From NCBI GenBank assembly GCA_903875225.1, contig CAIQVJ010000019.1:166217-230216 (forward strand): DNA of 64,000 bases, given 5' to 3'. The stretch is from an uncultured Pseudomonadota bacterium. GTDB taxonomy: Bacteria; Myxococcota_A; UBA796; SXON01. Below the pieces are notes generated by a model, which was given only the letters and a program-made list of their open reading frames with translations, did not search any database and was not told the DNA's origin. Position 1 is the stretch's first letter. The number at the start of each line of letters is the position of its first letter. Below, in pieces: positions 51,445-61,355 of this stretch. The translations under genes were made by a program, and so were the position numbers.

Positions 51445-52413
51445 GTGATCGGCTACTTCATCCGCAAGCTGCTCCTCGCTGTCCCGCTGCTCTGGGGTGT
51501 ACTGACGCTCACGTTCCTCCTGCTGGAGCTGGCACCGGGTGACGCCTCCGACGCGTTCATCAACCCCGACATGTCCCCCGACGTCGTGGCGTCCGTCCGG
51601 TTGAAGTGGGGTCTCGACCGCCCCGCGCACGAGCGCTATTTCATCGATTTGAAGAACATGGCCTCCGGCGACTTCGGGCGCAGCATCACGCTCGAACGCC
51701 CGGTGGCCGAGGTGATCGCGGAGACCCTCCCGAACACCCTCCAACTGGCCGCGGTGAGCCTCTTCGTGAGCCAGTTTTTCGGCCTCTGCGTCGGCATCGC
51801 CCAGAGCATCCGGCAGTACTCCAGGCTGGACTCGGCGCTCGCTATCGGCACCTTGTTCTTCTACTCGATGCCGGCGTTCTGGCTCGCGTTGATGCTGCAG
51901 CTCGTGTTCTGCCTCTACTGGAACGTGCTCCCCAGCTCCGGAATGGTCGACGCCGTGATGTACGACTACATGACGCCGACGCAGCAGCTCCTCGACCGCT
52001 GCAAGCACCTGGTGCTCCCCGGGGTGGCGATGGGGTTGGCCGGGGCCGCTGGCGATGCGCGGTTCATGCGGTCTGCGATGCTCGAGGTGATCCGCCAGGA
52101 CTACATCCGCACCGCGCGCGCCAAGGGGCTCCCGGAGTGGAAGGTGATCGGCAAGCACGCCCTCCGCAACGCGCTGCTCCCGGCCATCACGCTGCTGGGC
52201 CTGAACCTGCCCCTGTTGTTCTCCGGCTCGGTCCTCGTCGAGTACATCTTCGGCTGGCCCGGCATGGGGCGCCTGATCATCAACGCGATCATGACCGAGG
52301 ACGCCCCGGTCATCATGGGCTGCTTCTTCGTCTACACCCTGCTCGTGGTGGTCGGAAACCTGCTTTCCGACCTCGTCTATTCGGTGGTGGACCCGCGGAT
52401 ACGGTTCTCATGA
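51445..52413 (+). CDS. ABC transporter permease (DppB/OppB-type)
   Basis: GTG start. N-terminal (M/V)IGYFIRKLL..VP.L.GV.TL.F.L..L.PGD. EAA-like loop YIRTARAKGL.E..V..KHALRNALLP. Confidence 0.9.
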   Translation: MIGYFIRKLLLAVPLLWGVLTLTFLLLELAPGDASDAFINPDMSPDVVASVRLKWGLDRPAHERYFIDLKNMASGDFGRSITLERPVAEVIAETLPNTLQLAAVSLFVSQFFGLCVGIAQSIRQYSRLDSALAIGTLFFYSMPAFWLALMLQLVFCLYWNVLPSSGMVDAVMYDYMTPTQQLLDRCKHLVLPGVAMGLAGAAGDARFMRSAMLEVIRQDYIRTARAKGLPEWKVIGKHALRNALLPAITLLGLNLPLLFSGSVLVEYIFGWPGMGRLIINAIMTEDAPVIMGCFFVYTLLVVVGNLLSDLVYSVVDPRIRFS

Positions 52414-53453
52414 CCGTCACCCGTGCCTTTGTGCCGATCTACCTGGCCGTGGTCGCCTGGGCCGTGGTCGCGGGGTTTCCGCGGCTCGGTGCGCTCCTCT
52501 CGCCAGCGGCCGGCGCCCCCGACACCGCGGTGCACACGGTGCTCGGCCTGGCCGCCATGCTCTGGGCGTTGGCCGCGGCCCTTCGCACGTTCCGTCCGCG
52601 GCCACCCACCGACTTCTCCAGGCAGTTCGCCAAGAACCACGCCGCCGTGATCGGCATGAACGGGGCGCTGCTCCTCGGCTTGCTCACGCTCGTCACCCCC
52701 ATGATCGCCCCCTTCGACCCGATCCAGCTCGACGTCGGGCCCCACCTCGCGGCACCCTCCGCGGCGCACTGGCTCGGCACCGACGAGTTCGGCCGTGACT
52801 GCCTCTCCCGCTGCCTGTACGGTGCGCGGGTCTCCCTGGTGATCGGCTTCGTGGCCGTCTCGATCGCGGCCTCCGTCGGAACGACCATCGGCAGCCTGGC
52901 TGGCTTCTACGGGGGCCTGCTGGACCGCGCGCTCATGTGGGCGACGGATCTGCTGCTCTCGCTGCCACGGCTCGTCCTCGTGCTCGCCCTCGTCGGCGTC
53001 TTCCGGCCGCAGGGGGCCACTCGCGCGTTCGTCCTCGTCGCGATCCTCGGGGCCACTGGCTGGATGGGGGTCGCCCGGATGGTCCGGGCGCAGGTGCTCT
53101 CCCTGCGCGAGCAGGACTTCGTCGCCGCGGCGCGGGCCCTCGGAGTGCCGACCCACCGGATCCTGCTTCGACACCTGGTCCCGAACGTCCTGGCCCCGGT
53201 CATCGTGTTCGCCTCGCTCGCCGTAGGCTCCACGATGCTGGCGGAGGCCGCTCTGTCGTACCTCGGGTTGGGCGTGGCGCCGCCCACGGCCACGTGGGGC
53301 GCGCTGGTGAGCGAGGGCCGCGAGGTGATGCGCACCGCCCCATGGGTCACGTTCGTGCCGGGGCTCTTGATCGGGTTCGCGGTGATGTCGTTCAACCTGA
53401 TCGGCGATGGGCTGCGCGACGCGCTGGACCCGCGCCTCCGGGGACGCTCATGA
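52410..53453 (+). CDS. ABC transporter permease (DppC/OppC-type)
   Basis: ATGA overlap with the upstream stop. HWLGTDEFGRD, R.SL.IG and FV.AARALG......ILLRHL.PN blocks. Confidence 0.9.
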   Translation: MTVTRAFVPIYLAVVAWAVVAGFPRLGALLSPAAGAPDTAVHTVLGLAAMLWALAAALRTFRPRPPTDFSRQFAKNHAAVIGMNGALLLGLLTLVTPMIAPFDPIQLDVGPHLAAPSAAHWLGTDEFGRDCLSRCLYGARVSLVIGFVAVSIAASVGTTIGSLAGFYGGLLDRALMWATDLLLSLPRLVLVLALVGVFRPQGATRAFVLVAILGATGWMGVARMVRAQVLSLREQDFVAAARALGVPTHRILLRHLVPNVLAPVIVFASLAVGSTMLAEAALSYLGLGVAPPTATWGALVSEGREVMRTAPWVTFVPGLLIGFAVMSFNLIGDGLRDALDPRLRGRS

Positions 53454-55198
53454 GCGGTGGGGTGGTGCTGCAGATCGAGTCGATGAGCACGACGTTCCAG
53501 ACGGACAGCGGGCCGGTCCGGGCCGTGCGTGATCTCTCGCTCACGCTCTCGGCGGGGCGCACGCTCGGGCTCGTCGGCGAATCCGGGTCGGGCAAGAGCG
53601 TCACGTCGCTCACCCTGATGGGGCTCCTGCCCGAGGTGGGCGCGACGGTCGAGGCGGTGCAGGTGAGCGTGCTCGGGCGGGACGTGCTGAGGATCCCGCG
53701 CCGGGAGCTGCAGCAGATGCGCGGGAAGGACCTCGCGATGATCTTCCAGGAGCCGATGACGTCGCTCAACCCCGTGTTCACGGTAGGGGAGCAGGTCGCC
53801 GAGGCGATCCGGGAGCACGAGCGCGTGCCTCGCCGGGTTGCGATGGAGCGCGTGATCGAGCTGTTCGCCGAGGTGGGCATCCCCGAGCCAGCCCAGCGGG
53901 TGCGGTCCTACCCGCACCAGCTCTCCGGCGGCCAGAAGCAGCGGGTGATGATCGCCATGGCGCTCTCGTGCAACCCCAGGCTGCTGATCGCCGACGAGCC
54001 GACGACCGCCCTCGACGTGACCATCCAGGCGCAGCTCCTCGACCTGCTCCGCACGCTCCGGGATCGGCGGGGGATGGCGATGCTGTTCATCACCCACGAT
54101 CTCGGTGTGATCGCCGAGATCGCGGATGACGTCGCGGTGATGTACCGGGGTGCGATCGTGGAGCACGGGCCGGTGCTCGATGTGTTCCGGTCGCCGAAGC
54201 ACCCCTACACGCGCGGCCTCCTGAGCTGTCGACCGCGCCTGGACTTCACCGGGCGCCGGCTCCCGACGATCGCCGACTTCGTCGATGAGGTCGCTCCCGA
54301 TGCCCCGGACTTCCGCCCCGCGGTCATGCCACATGGCGGGGCCGAGCCCCGGTTCACCCGTTCGCCGGATGAGCCGATCCTGTCCGTCCGGGATCTCACG
54401 GTCCACTTCCCGATCCGCTCGGGGCTCCTCCAGCGCGTGACCGGGCACGTCAAGGCGGTGGACGGCGTGACTTTCGACGTCTGCGAGGGCCGCACGCTCG
54501 GGCTCGTCGGCGAGTCCGGCTGCGGGAAGACCACAACCGGGAGGGCGATCCTTCGCCTTGTCGAGCCCACGGCCGGCTCCGTGCAGTTTCAAGGGCAGGA
54601 CTTCCTGGCACTGCGGGGCGAGGCGCTCCGCCGCGTGCGAAAGGACATCCAGATCATCTTCCAGGACCCCTACAGCTCGCTCAACCCCCGGATGTCGGTC
54701 GCGGACCTGCTCACCGAGCCCATGGAGGTCCACGGCATCGGGGCAGACGGCGCCGAGCGCAGGGAGCGCGCTGCCACGCTGCTCGCCGAGGTCGGGCTCG
54801 GCGCCGAGCACCTCTCCCGCTTCCCGCACGAGTTCTCCGGCGGACAACGCCAGCGGATCTGCATCGCGCGTGCCCTCTCGGTGAACCCGCGCCTCTTGAT
54901 CTGTGACGAGTCCGTCAGCGCGCTCGACGTGTCCGTGCAGGCCCAGGTGCTCAACCTGCTTCGGGACCTGCAGGATCAGCGCGGTCTCACCTACATCTTC
55001 ATCAGCCACGACCTCTCGGTCATCAAGTTCATGAGCGACGACATCGCCGTGATGAACGCCGGCCGCATCGTGGAGATGGGCCGCACGGCCGACGTGTACC
55101 GCGACCCGCAGCAGGAGTATACACGTAGGTTGATCGCCGCGATCCCGAACGACGACGTCCAGCGGATCGAGGAGCGGCAGCGCGCCAGGAAGGCCTGA
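53450..55198 (+). CDS. ABC transporter ATP-binding protein, fused tandem ATPase (DppD-DppF-type)
   Basis: ATGA overlap with the upstream stop. Two complete cassettes are present: [28 protein letters not shown] and [28 protein letters not shown]. Confidence 0.95.
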   Translation: MSGGVVLQIESMSTTFQTDSGPVRAVRDLSLTLSAGRTLGLVGESGSGKSVTSLTLMGLLPEVGATVEAVQVSVLGRDVLRIPRRELQQMRGKDLAMIFQEPMTSLNPVFTVGEQVAEAIREHERVPRRVAMERVIELFAEVGIPEPAQRVRSYPHQLSGGQKQRVMIAMALSCNPRLLIADEPTTALDVTIQAQLLDLLRTLRDRRGMAMLFITHDLGVIAEIADDVAVMYRGAIVEHGPVLDVFRSPKHPYTRGLLSCRPRLDFTGRRLPTIADFVDEVAPDAPDFRPAVMPHGGAEPRFTRSPDEPILSVRDLTVHFPIRSGLLQRVTGHVKAVDGVTFDVCEGRTLGLVGESGCGKTTTGRAILRLVEPTAGSVQFQGQDFLALRGEALRRVRKDIQIIFQDPYSSLNPRMSVADLLTEPMEVHGIGADGAERRERAATLLAEVGLGAEHLSRFPHEFSGGQRQRICIARALSVNPRLLICDESVSALDVSVQAQVLNLLRDLQDQRGLTYIFISHDLSVIKFMSDDIAVMNAGRIVEMGRTADVYRDPQQEYTRRLIAAIPNDDVQRIEERQRARKA

Positions 55199-55317
55199 GG
55201 TCACGCCCCGAGGGCGGTTCCCCGGCAGTCGGGCTGATGGTGCGTTCCGCAGCGGGCAAAAGAGCAATAGATCGCGCGCATGACCACCCCCGTTCGTCGC
55301 TCGACCCGCGCCCGCTG

Positions 55318-56019
55318 ATGGAGACCCTGCTCTGGGAGCTTGCCCGGGCCGGTGCGATCCTCGCCGTCACCTTTGCGGTGGCGAGCTGGGTGCGCGTGCC
55401 GTTCAAGCGCTTCATCACCCCCCGCCTCGAGCCCACCACTGCAGCATTCCTGCTGGGTGCGGTCCGGCCGGTGGCGCTGCTCCTCGCCCTCCCGCCTGCC
55501 CTGGAGGCCGTGGGCGTCTCGATGTCGAGCGCGTTGGCGGTGCTCTCCACGGCCGGTCTCGCCATCGCGCTGGCCCTCCGGGATGCCCTCTCAAACGTGG
55601 CGAGCGGGGCCATCCTGCTCACCATGCGTCCGTTCCGCGTGGGCGACCGGGTGACCGTCGCCGGGCACACCGGCATCGTGCAGCGGATCGGCTTCCTGAT
55701 GGTGGAGATCGACACCGACGACGGGCGCCGGGTGAACGTGGTGAACGACAAGGTGCTCGCCGTGCCCATGGAGCGCCATGCGGCCGATGGGAACGTGCGC
55801 CTCGAGCTCGTCGTGCGGCTCCCCCGGCGGGAGTTGTCCGTCGCCGAGCTGGAGGAGGCCGTGAGGCCGCTCGGGTGTGAGGTCGTGGTGCAGGAGGTCG
55901 AGGCGGAGCGGATCCGCGTCGCCATCCGCACCATGGTCCATCCCGTGGACCTCGGGGAGCGGCAGCGATCCGTCTGGAAGATCGTGGAGCCGTGTATCCT
56001 CGGCAAGGTGGCGCAATAG
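55318..56019 (+). CDS. Small-conductance mechanosensitive channel (MscS family)
   Basis: Three TM helices, then GLAIALALRDALSNVASGAILL..RPFRVGD.V...G..G.V..IG, the MscS pore-helix and beta-domain signature. Confidence 0.85.
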   Translation: METLLWELARAGAILAVTFAVASWVRVPFKRFITPRLEPTTAAFLLGAVRPVALLLALPPALEAVGVSMSSALAVLSTAGLAIALALRDALSNVASGAILLTMRPFRVGDRVTVAGHTGIVQRIGFLMVEIDTDDGRRVNVVNDKVLAVPMERHAADGNVRLELVVRLPRRELSVAELEEAVRPLGCEVVVQEVEAERIRVAIRTMVHPVDLGERQRSVWKIVEPCILGKVAQ

Positions 56020-56050
56020 CGTGTAAGATGCGCGCCCCACCGGGTGTCCC

Positions 56051-57925
56051 TTGGCCTCCTCGCTCACCTCGTCCCTCTTGTACTCCCTGCTGTTGATCCC
56101 GGTCGGCTGCACGATCGACAACGGCCTGAAGGGCCATGCGGACGACAACGGCCCCGGCGACTCCGACACCGGCTACTCGCCCGACACCAGCGACACCGAG
56201 GACGGCGTGTGCGGAGCCCCCAACCTGGACTGCCCCGACGTCGGGGTGGACGAGACGTGCGAGGCCGAGGCCCACGTGGGCACGTTCACGCCGATCATCG
56301 AGTGGAAGAACGAGACCATCGGGGATGCCTACGCAACACCCGTGGTCGCCCGCCTCGTGGACACCAACGGGGACGGTGCGCTCACTTCGGCAGACATTCC
56401 CGCGGTCGTGGTCGCCAACTCGGCTGGCGTGATGACGGCGATGGCTGGCGATGACGGACACGTGCTGTGGAGCGCCGGGAGCCTCGGCGGCGAGCCGATG
56501 ACCCCCGCCATCGGCGACCTCGACGGCGACGGCTGGCCCGAGGTCGTCGGCTCGGGAGCCACGACCACCGCTGCGTACCACGGGCGCGATGGGTCGGTGT
56601 ATTGGAACGGCCGCGCCTACGTGGGCGGGAAGTCCCCCCAGTGCGGGGCGGTGGGGATCTACGACCTCGATGGCGACGGAGCGCCCGAGGTGGTCATCGG
56701 TGGGGAGGTGATCGAGGGGACGACCGGCCGCAAGCTCTCCCAGGGGCCCGGCGATGGGTCCGGAAACTCGGCGTATTCGCCCTTTGGGGTGGCGGCAGAC
56801 ATCGACCAGGACGGCATCCAGGAGGTGGTGGTCGGGAACGCGCTGTACCACAAGGACGGCACGCTGATCTGGAACAACGGCCAGTCCGACGGTTTTGTGG
56901 CGGTGGCGGACTTCGACGCCGACCCCAGGGGGGAGATCGTGGTCACCAACACGGGCTCGGTGCGTTTGCAGGACGACGATGGCACGGTGCTGTGGAGCCG
57001 TCCCGGGGTGATGGGTTCGACCTCGGGGCCCCCCACGGTGGCGGACTTCGACGGGGACGGCGAGCCCGAGATCGGCGTGGCCGGGCACAACGTGTACATG
57101 GTGTTCGAGACCGACGGCTCGACGAAGTGGAGCATCCGGGTACAGGACGAGTCCTCAGGCTTCACGGGCAGCTCGGTGTTCGACTTCGAGGGGGACGGCG
57201 CGGCCGAGGTGGTCTACGCAGACGAGAACGATCTGTACGTGCTCGACGGCGCGACCGGCGCCGTGAAGCTCAAGGAGCCCGAGCACTCCAGCGCGACATG
57301 CTCCGAGTACCCCGCGGTCGCCGACGTGGACAACGATGGTCACGCCGAGATCATCTACACGTCCTCCGCCTACTCCGGCCCCGAGAAGGGCGTGCGGGTC
57401 GTGGGCGATGCCGACGACAGTTGGATGCCGGCGCGTCCGGTTTGGAACGAGCATGCCTACGCGATCACCAACGTGAACGACGACGGCAGCATCCCCGCCG
57501 CGCCCGTGACCAACTGGCTGAGCTACAACAACTTCCGGTCGGGCGATCTCGCGGCGGCCACCGGAGGCGCTCTCTCCGACGCTCTCCCGGTCGCGGGTGA
57601 CATCTGCATCGAAGAGTGCAGCAGCGGGCGGGTCAGGGTCGTCGTCGCCGTCGGCAACCAGGGCACGGCCGAGCTGCCTGCCGGGGTGGCCATCTCCGCC
57701 TACGCCATCACCGGCGCGAGCCCGATCTACCTCCAGACCCAGTACGTGCCGGATCCGATCGGCAGCGGCCTCTCCTCCACGGGCATCGAGTTCGACCTGA
57801 ACATCGCCGACCTGCCGCACAAGGCCGTCGAATTCGTCGCGGACGACGACGACGGGCGGGGCGCCATCACCGAGTGCAACGAGGACAACAACGTGCTCGT
57901 GCTGTCGGAAGGCTTGTGTGACTAG
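56051..57925 (+). CDS. FG-GAP/VCBS-repeat beta-propeller lipoprotein
   Basis: TTG start, with lipobox-like LLLIPVGC. Seven repeats carry Ca-binding-like loops: VDTNGDGALT, DLDGDGWPEVV, DLDGDGAPEVV, DIDQDGIQEVV, DFDADPRGEIV, DFDGDGEPEIG, DFEGDGAAEVV, DVDNDGHAEII. Confidence 0.85.
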   Translation: MASSLTSSLLYSLLLIPVGCTIDNGLKGHADDNGPGDSDTGYSPDTSDTEDGVCGAPNLDCPDVGVDETCEAEAHVGTFTPIIEWKNETIGDAYATPVVARLVDTNGDGALTSADIPAVVVANSAGVMTAMAGDDGHVLWSAGSLGGEPMTPAIGDLDGDGWPEVVGSGATTTAAYHGRDGSVYWNGRAYVGGKSPQCGAVGIYDLDGDGAPEVVIGGEVIEGTTGRKLSQGPGDGSGNSAYSPFGVAADIDQDGIQEVVVGNALYHKDGTLIWNNGQSDGFVAVADFDADPRGEIVVTNTGSVRLQDDDGTVLWSRPGVMGSTSGPPTVADFDGDGEPEIGVAGHNVYMVFETDGSTKWSIRVQDESSGFTGSSVFDFEGDGAAEVVYADENDLYVLDGATGAVKLKEPEHSSATCSEYPAVADVDNDGHAEIIYTSSAYSGPEKGVRVVGDADDSWMPARPVWNEHAYAITNVNDDGSIPAAPVTNWLSYNNFRSGDLAAATGGALSDALPVAGDICIEECSSGRVRVVVAVGNQGTAELPAGVAISAYAITGASPIYLQTQYVPDPIGSGLSSTGIEFDLNIADLPHKAVEFVADDDDGRGAITECNEDNNVLVLSEGLCD

Positions 57926-57927
57926 CC

Positions 57928-59145
57928 TTGGCTGAGACCGCGGAGCCTGTCGCCCAGGGAGCACCCGCCGAACCCGCCCCTCCACCAGGGCCCACGTGGA
58001 GCGTATTTCCCGTGGCTGGCGTGGACAGCGACGACGGTGTCGGCTTCGGCGTTCGCGGCCAGCTCGACATGCCCGGTGCGGAACCCTACAAGTCCAGCTT
58101 CGTCATCCACATCTTCACCACCACCCAGGGCTACCACCACCACCGCTTCCGGTTCGACATCGTCGATCTGGGGCCATCGGGCAACCTCCGCCTCACGGGA
58201 CACTTTGCCTTCCGCGCCTGGCTCAACGACGGGTATTGGGGCCTCGGAAACGGCAGTGTGCACGACGTCGCCTACGACGACCTCGGGAAGGACGACCCGC
58301 TCCGCAAGTACTACCACTACCAGCTCATCCAGCCCTTCGCGCACCTCACGTTGCGGGACGACGTGACCGCCGTCGGGCCGGGCGCTCTCTCGATCTATGG
58401 GAGCTGGGAGGGGCGGTACAGCATCATCAGCCCCTACGCCGGCTCCCTGCTCGAGCAGGAGCAGCCCTACGGCGTGAACGGCGGCCCCGCGATGCAGTTG
58501 ACCGCCGGGGCGCTCTGGGACTCGCGGTCCCCCGAGATCACGCCCGAAAAGGGAGCGTTGCTGGAGGCCTCCGCACGGGTGGTCGGCATGCTGGACGGGA
58601 TGAGCTACGCCCCCTCCACGTTCGGTGGCCCGATGCTGAGCGTGCGCGGCTACGTGCCCCTGGTCCACCGGGTCACCTGGGCCTCCCGGGTGATGGGGGA
58701 GTGGCTCTTCGGGCCCGTGCCCTTCTACGAGATGGTCCACTGGGGCGGGTTCGTGCCGATCGCGGGGGTGGGAGGCGCGGACACGCTCCGGGGCGATTCA
58801 TTCGGGCGCTGGCACGGTCCGGGCAAGGCGGTGCTGCAGGACGAGCTGAGGGTCGATGTGCTCGAGCACCGCTTCCTCAAGCACGAGGTCCTCTGGCAGC
58901 TCGTTCCGTTCGCGGACGTCGGGGTCGTGTGGGGCATCTCCGAGGAGGATCCTGCATTGCTCGGGGATGCGAAGATCGTTGCCCCCCGAATCCCGGTGCA
59001 TCCCGCGGCGGGGCTTGGCGTTCGGGCGATCTGGGCCACCACGCTCGTCGGCCGGTTCGACGTGGGGGTGGGGCAGGACATCGTGAAGGGCGGCGGGTAC
59101 GGGCCCTCGCTGGGTTTCTATCTCGCGTTCGATCACACCTACTGA
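57928..59145 (+). CDS. Omp85/surface-antigen(D15)-like outer-membrane beta-barrel without POTRA domains and without a recognisable signal peptide
   Basis: TTG start 2 nt after the FG-GAP stop. The first 22 aa are a Pro/Ala linker (AETAEPVAQGAPAEPAPPPGP), and beta strands follow. SVRGY and GGADTLRGDSFGRWHG resemble the Omp85 loop-6 (V/L)RG(F/Y) region. The C-terminus is GFYLAFDHTY. Confidence 0.6.
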   Translation: MAETAEPVAQGAPAEPAPPPGPTWSVFPVAGVDSDDGVGFGVRGQLDMPGAEPYKSSFVIHIFTTTQGYHHHRFRFDIVDLGPSGNLRLTGHFAFRAWLNDGYWGLGNGSVHDVAYDDLGKDDPLRKYYHYQLIQPFAHLTLRDDVTAVGPGALSIYGSWEGRYSIISPYAGSLLEQEQPYGVNGGPAMQLTAGALWDSRSPEITPEKGALLEASARVVGMLDGMSYAPSTFGGPMLSVRGYVPLVHRVTWASRVMGEWLFGPVPFYEMVHWGGFVPIAGVGGADTLRGDSFGRWHGPGKAVLQDELRVDVLEHRFLKHEVLWQLVPFADVGVVWGISEEDPALLGDAKIVAPRIPVHPAAGLGVRAIWATTLVGRFDVGVGQDIVKGGGYGPSLGFYLAFDHTY

Positions 59146-59870
59146 GGGGGGGCGGCCCGCAGCTCCGGCGGGAAGCCGAGGCTCAGCGCGGTCGAGGCGG
59201 CCTCCAGCCGTCCGAGCGCCCTTCGTGCCTCGGGCGCGTCGAGCGTCTGGGTCGTCCCGATCCTGCGCAGGGTGGCCTCGTCGGGCACGTCCGCGGTCGG
59301 GTCTACGGAGATCACCTCCTCCCGCAGGATGAGCAACGTGTAGCACGCGTCGGGGAGCGGCCCCGGGCCGGTGCGGATGCTGGCCGTCGGGGGCGCCTCG
59401 CTGGGCACCACGCCCAGGCGCTCCGGCACCAGCGGCCCCTGACCCCCCTGCTGGAGGAACGGGGGCAGCGGACCCTGAACGCCCATCCCACCCCCCGGCC
59501 CGCCGGGCCCTCCCGGTCCTCCGGGTCCGCCCGGTCCTCCGGGTCCACCCGGCCCTCCCGGTCCCCCGCCGCCGCCCCGGAAGGGGCGGGGCGCTCCCGG
59601 GGCCTCTACGGCAGGCTTCATGAAGAACTGGGCCGGGTTCGCGGCGAACACCAGGGTCCGGAGCTCCCCGATCGAGAGGTCCCCATCGCCATCCGTGTCG
59701 ACGTGCTGAAAGTCGGGGGAGGCGAACGCCACCCGTGCGTACTCGTCTCCCGACACGATCCCGTCGTGGTTGGTGTCGAGCCGGGCGCGTGTAGGTAGCA
59801 GCACCCCCTCCGCCGTCCACTGCGGCACGGTCGGGGTGGCGCACGCCAGCAGGACCAGCGCCCCGATCAC
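59139..59870 (-). CDS. EF-hand lipoprotein with (Gly-Gly-Pro)n tract
   Basis: The GTG start overlaps the upstream stop (GTGA). Lipobox LLAC. Two canonical EF loops (DTNHDGIVSGDE, DTDGDGDLSIGE) are followed by GGGGGPGGPGGPGGPGGPGGPGGPGGPGGG. Confidence 0.75.
   Translation of the reverse strand: MIGALVLLACATPTVPQWTAEGVLLPTRARLDTNHDGIVSGDEYARVAFASPDFQHVDTDGDGDLSIGELRTLVFAANPAQFFMKPAVEAPGAPRPFRGGGGGPGGPGGPGGPGGPGGPGGPGGPGGGMGVQGPLPPFLQQGGQGPLVPERLGVVPSEAPPTASIRTGPGPLPDACYTLLILREEVISVDPTADVPDEATLRRIGTTQTLDAPEARRALGRLEAASTALSLGFPPELRAAPPQ
59488..59578. repeat. 9-bp (GGN-GGN-CCN) tandem repeat encoding (GGP)8
   Basis: Read directly on the plus strand: ccaccccccggcccgccgggccctcccggtcctccgggtccgcccggtcctccgggtccacccggccctcccggtcccccgccgccgcc. 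Confidence 0.9.
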
Positions 59871-61354
59871 GGGGTCACCTCGAAGTAGCCGTGCTCGCGC
59901 AGGGATTGGCGGAGCTCCGCGGGCATGGGTTCGGCCTCCGCGGTGTCGGGCGGTGGGTCCAGTTCCCGGGCCCAGCGCACCATCTCGGCGCGCAGCGCAT
60001 CCCGGCCCTGCGCGGCCAGCCCGGGCGAGGAGGCGAACCCCGGCCCGTCCACGCGGGTGTACTCCGTGATCGAGGCGAACAGCGGCGACCCGGCAAAAAG
60101 CCCCGACCAGGTGAGCCGACCCGCCTCGCTCCGCACGCTTGCCATGCGCTGCAGGTGGTTTCCGGTGGAGTGCGCGTACTGCCGGCCGACGAACGGTTGG
60201 TCGGCGAGCGCAGGGGCGAGCGTGTGCCCGTCGATGCCGGCGGGGGGCGTGGCGCCCACGAGGCTCGCGATGGTCGGGAGGATGTCCAGCATCTCGACGA
60301 GCCCCGCCACATGCCGGCCTCCGTGCTCCCCATGCGGGAGCCGGACGATGAGCACGGTGTGGGTCTCCTCGTCGTCGAGGCCGTACGAGTGGCCGAATGC
60401 ACCGTGTTCACCGAGCTGCTCCCCATGGTCGGACATGACGACGATGACGGCCTGATCGAGCACGCCGCGGCTCTCCAGCCCCACCATCAGCGTGCCGAAC
60501 ATCGCGTCTGCGTAGGAGACCGCGCCGTCGTACACCCCGCGGATGTACGCGATGTCGGCGTCGCTCACCACGACGGGCGGCTCGCCCTGCACCAGCACCT
60601 CCTCCCGGGCCTGGCGGTTCTCGGGAGCCCACGGGCGCAGGAGGGAGACCTCGAGCGCTCGGAGGGGCTGCGCGTTGGGCGCGAGCGTGCGGTCGACGAT
60701 GCGCTCGGTCATGGTGCGGGCCGCGATCTCACCGGGGCCGGTGGCCCTGGGGTCGGCGTGCAGGTACCCGAACGGCGTGGGCTTGAGGTACGTGGAGTGT
60801 GTGTCGTAGCCGTGCACGAACAGGAACCAGGGCTTCGACTGGTCGATCGTGTCGAGCCACGCGAGGGAACGTGGCCCGGTGTGGTACAGGCTCCCGAAAT
60901 TCACCACGCTCTCGTAGGTGGTGAACCCGCGATCGAGGTGCCGCGAGGGGGAGAGATCCCCGCCGCTCACGAACCCGGCAGTCTGGTAGCCGTACGCCTG
61001 CAGCATCTCCGCGAGCGTGGCGTGCGTGGGGTCCAGCACCGTGTCGTCGGTGAGGTTGGTCTGTTGGGATGGGTAGCGACTGCTGAAGATGCTGCCGTGG
61101 GACGGGCCCGTCTGGGCAGCCTGGCTGTACGCCGAGTCGAACACGACCGCCTGCTGGGCGAACCTGTCGAGGTTGGGGGTGAGCCCCTGCGGGTTGCCGT
61201 ACGCGCCCACCCGGTCCGCCCGGAGCGTGTCGATGGAGACCAGGATCACGGGAGGGGGACCCGGGTGCGCGGGCGCCGCGGGGGGATGGCAGCCGATCAT
61301 GCCGAGGCACGTTGCGCCGAGGAGTGCACGAGCGAGCAGATGGGACGTGGTCAC
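59867..61354 (-). CDS. Sulfatase-like alkaline-phosphatase-superfamily hydrolase/transferase with Thr at the nucleophile position
   Basis: ILVSIDTLRADRVGAYG...TPNLDRF...AAQTGPSHGSIFSSRYP aligns to the sulfatase signature, but (C/S)xPxR is replaced by T-G-P-S-H. VVMSDHGE and the metal-site Asp/His residues are retained. GTG start. Confidence 0.85.
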   Translation of the reverse strand: MTTSHLLARALLGATCLGMIGCHPPAAPAHPGPPPVILVSIDTLRADRVGAYGNPQGLTPNLDRFAQQAVVFDSAYSQAAQTGPSHGSIFSSRYPSQQTNLTDDTVLDPTHATLAEMLQAYGYQTAGFVSGGDLSPSRHLDRGFTTYESVVNFGSLYHTGPRSLAWLDTIDQSKPWFLFVHGYDTHSTYLKPTPFGYLHADPRATGPGEIAARTMTERIVDRTLAPNAQPLRALEVSLLRPWAPENRQAREEVLVQGEPPVVVSDADIAYIRGVYDGAVSYADAMFGTLMVGLESRGVLDQAVIVVMSDHGEQLGEHGAFGHSYGLDDEETHTVLIVRLPHGEHGGRHVAGLVEMLDILPTIASLVGATPPAGIDGHTLAPALADQPFVGRQYAHSTGNHLQRMASVRSEAGRLTWSGLFAGSPLFASITEYTRVDGPGFASSPGLAAQGRDALRAEMVRWARELDPPPDTAEAEPMPAELRQSLREHGYFEVTP

Positions 61355-61355
61355 C

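Noticed and set aside
52907-55267. 786-aa minus-strand ORF
   Set aside because: It is antisense to the tandem ABC ATPase, which has two perfect Walker A / signature / Walker B sets.
57919-57930. Programmed -1 ribosomal frameshift joining the FG-GAP and barrel ORFs
   Set aside because: There is no X-XXY-YYZ slippery heptamer at the junction (TGT GTG ACT AGC C) and no obvious downstream pseudoknot. A mutation, an assembly error or two genuinely separate genes are more likely.
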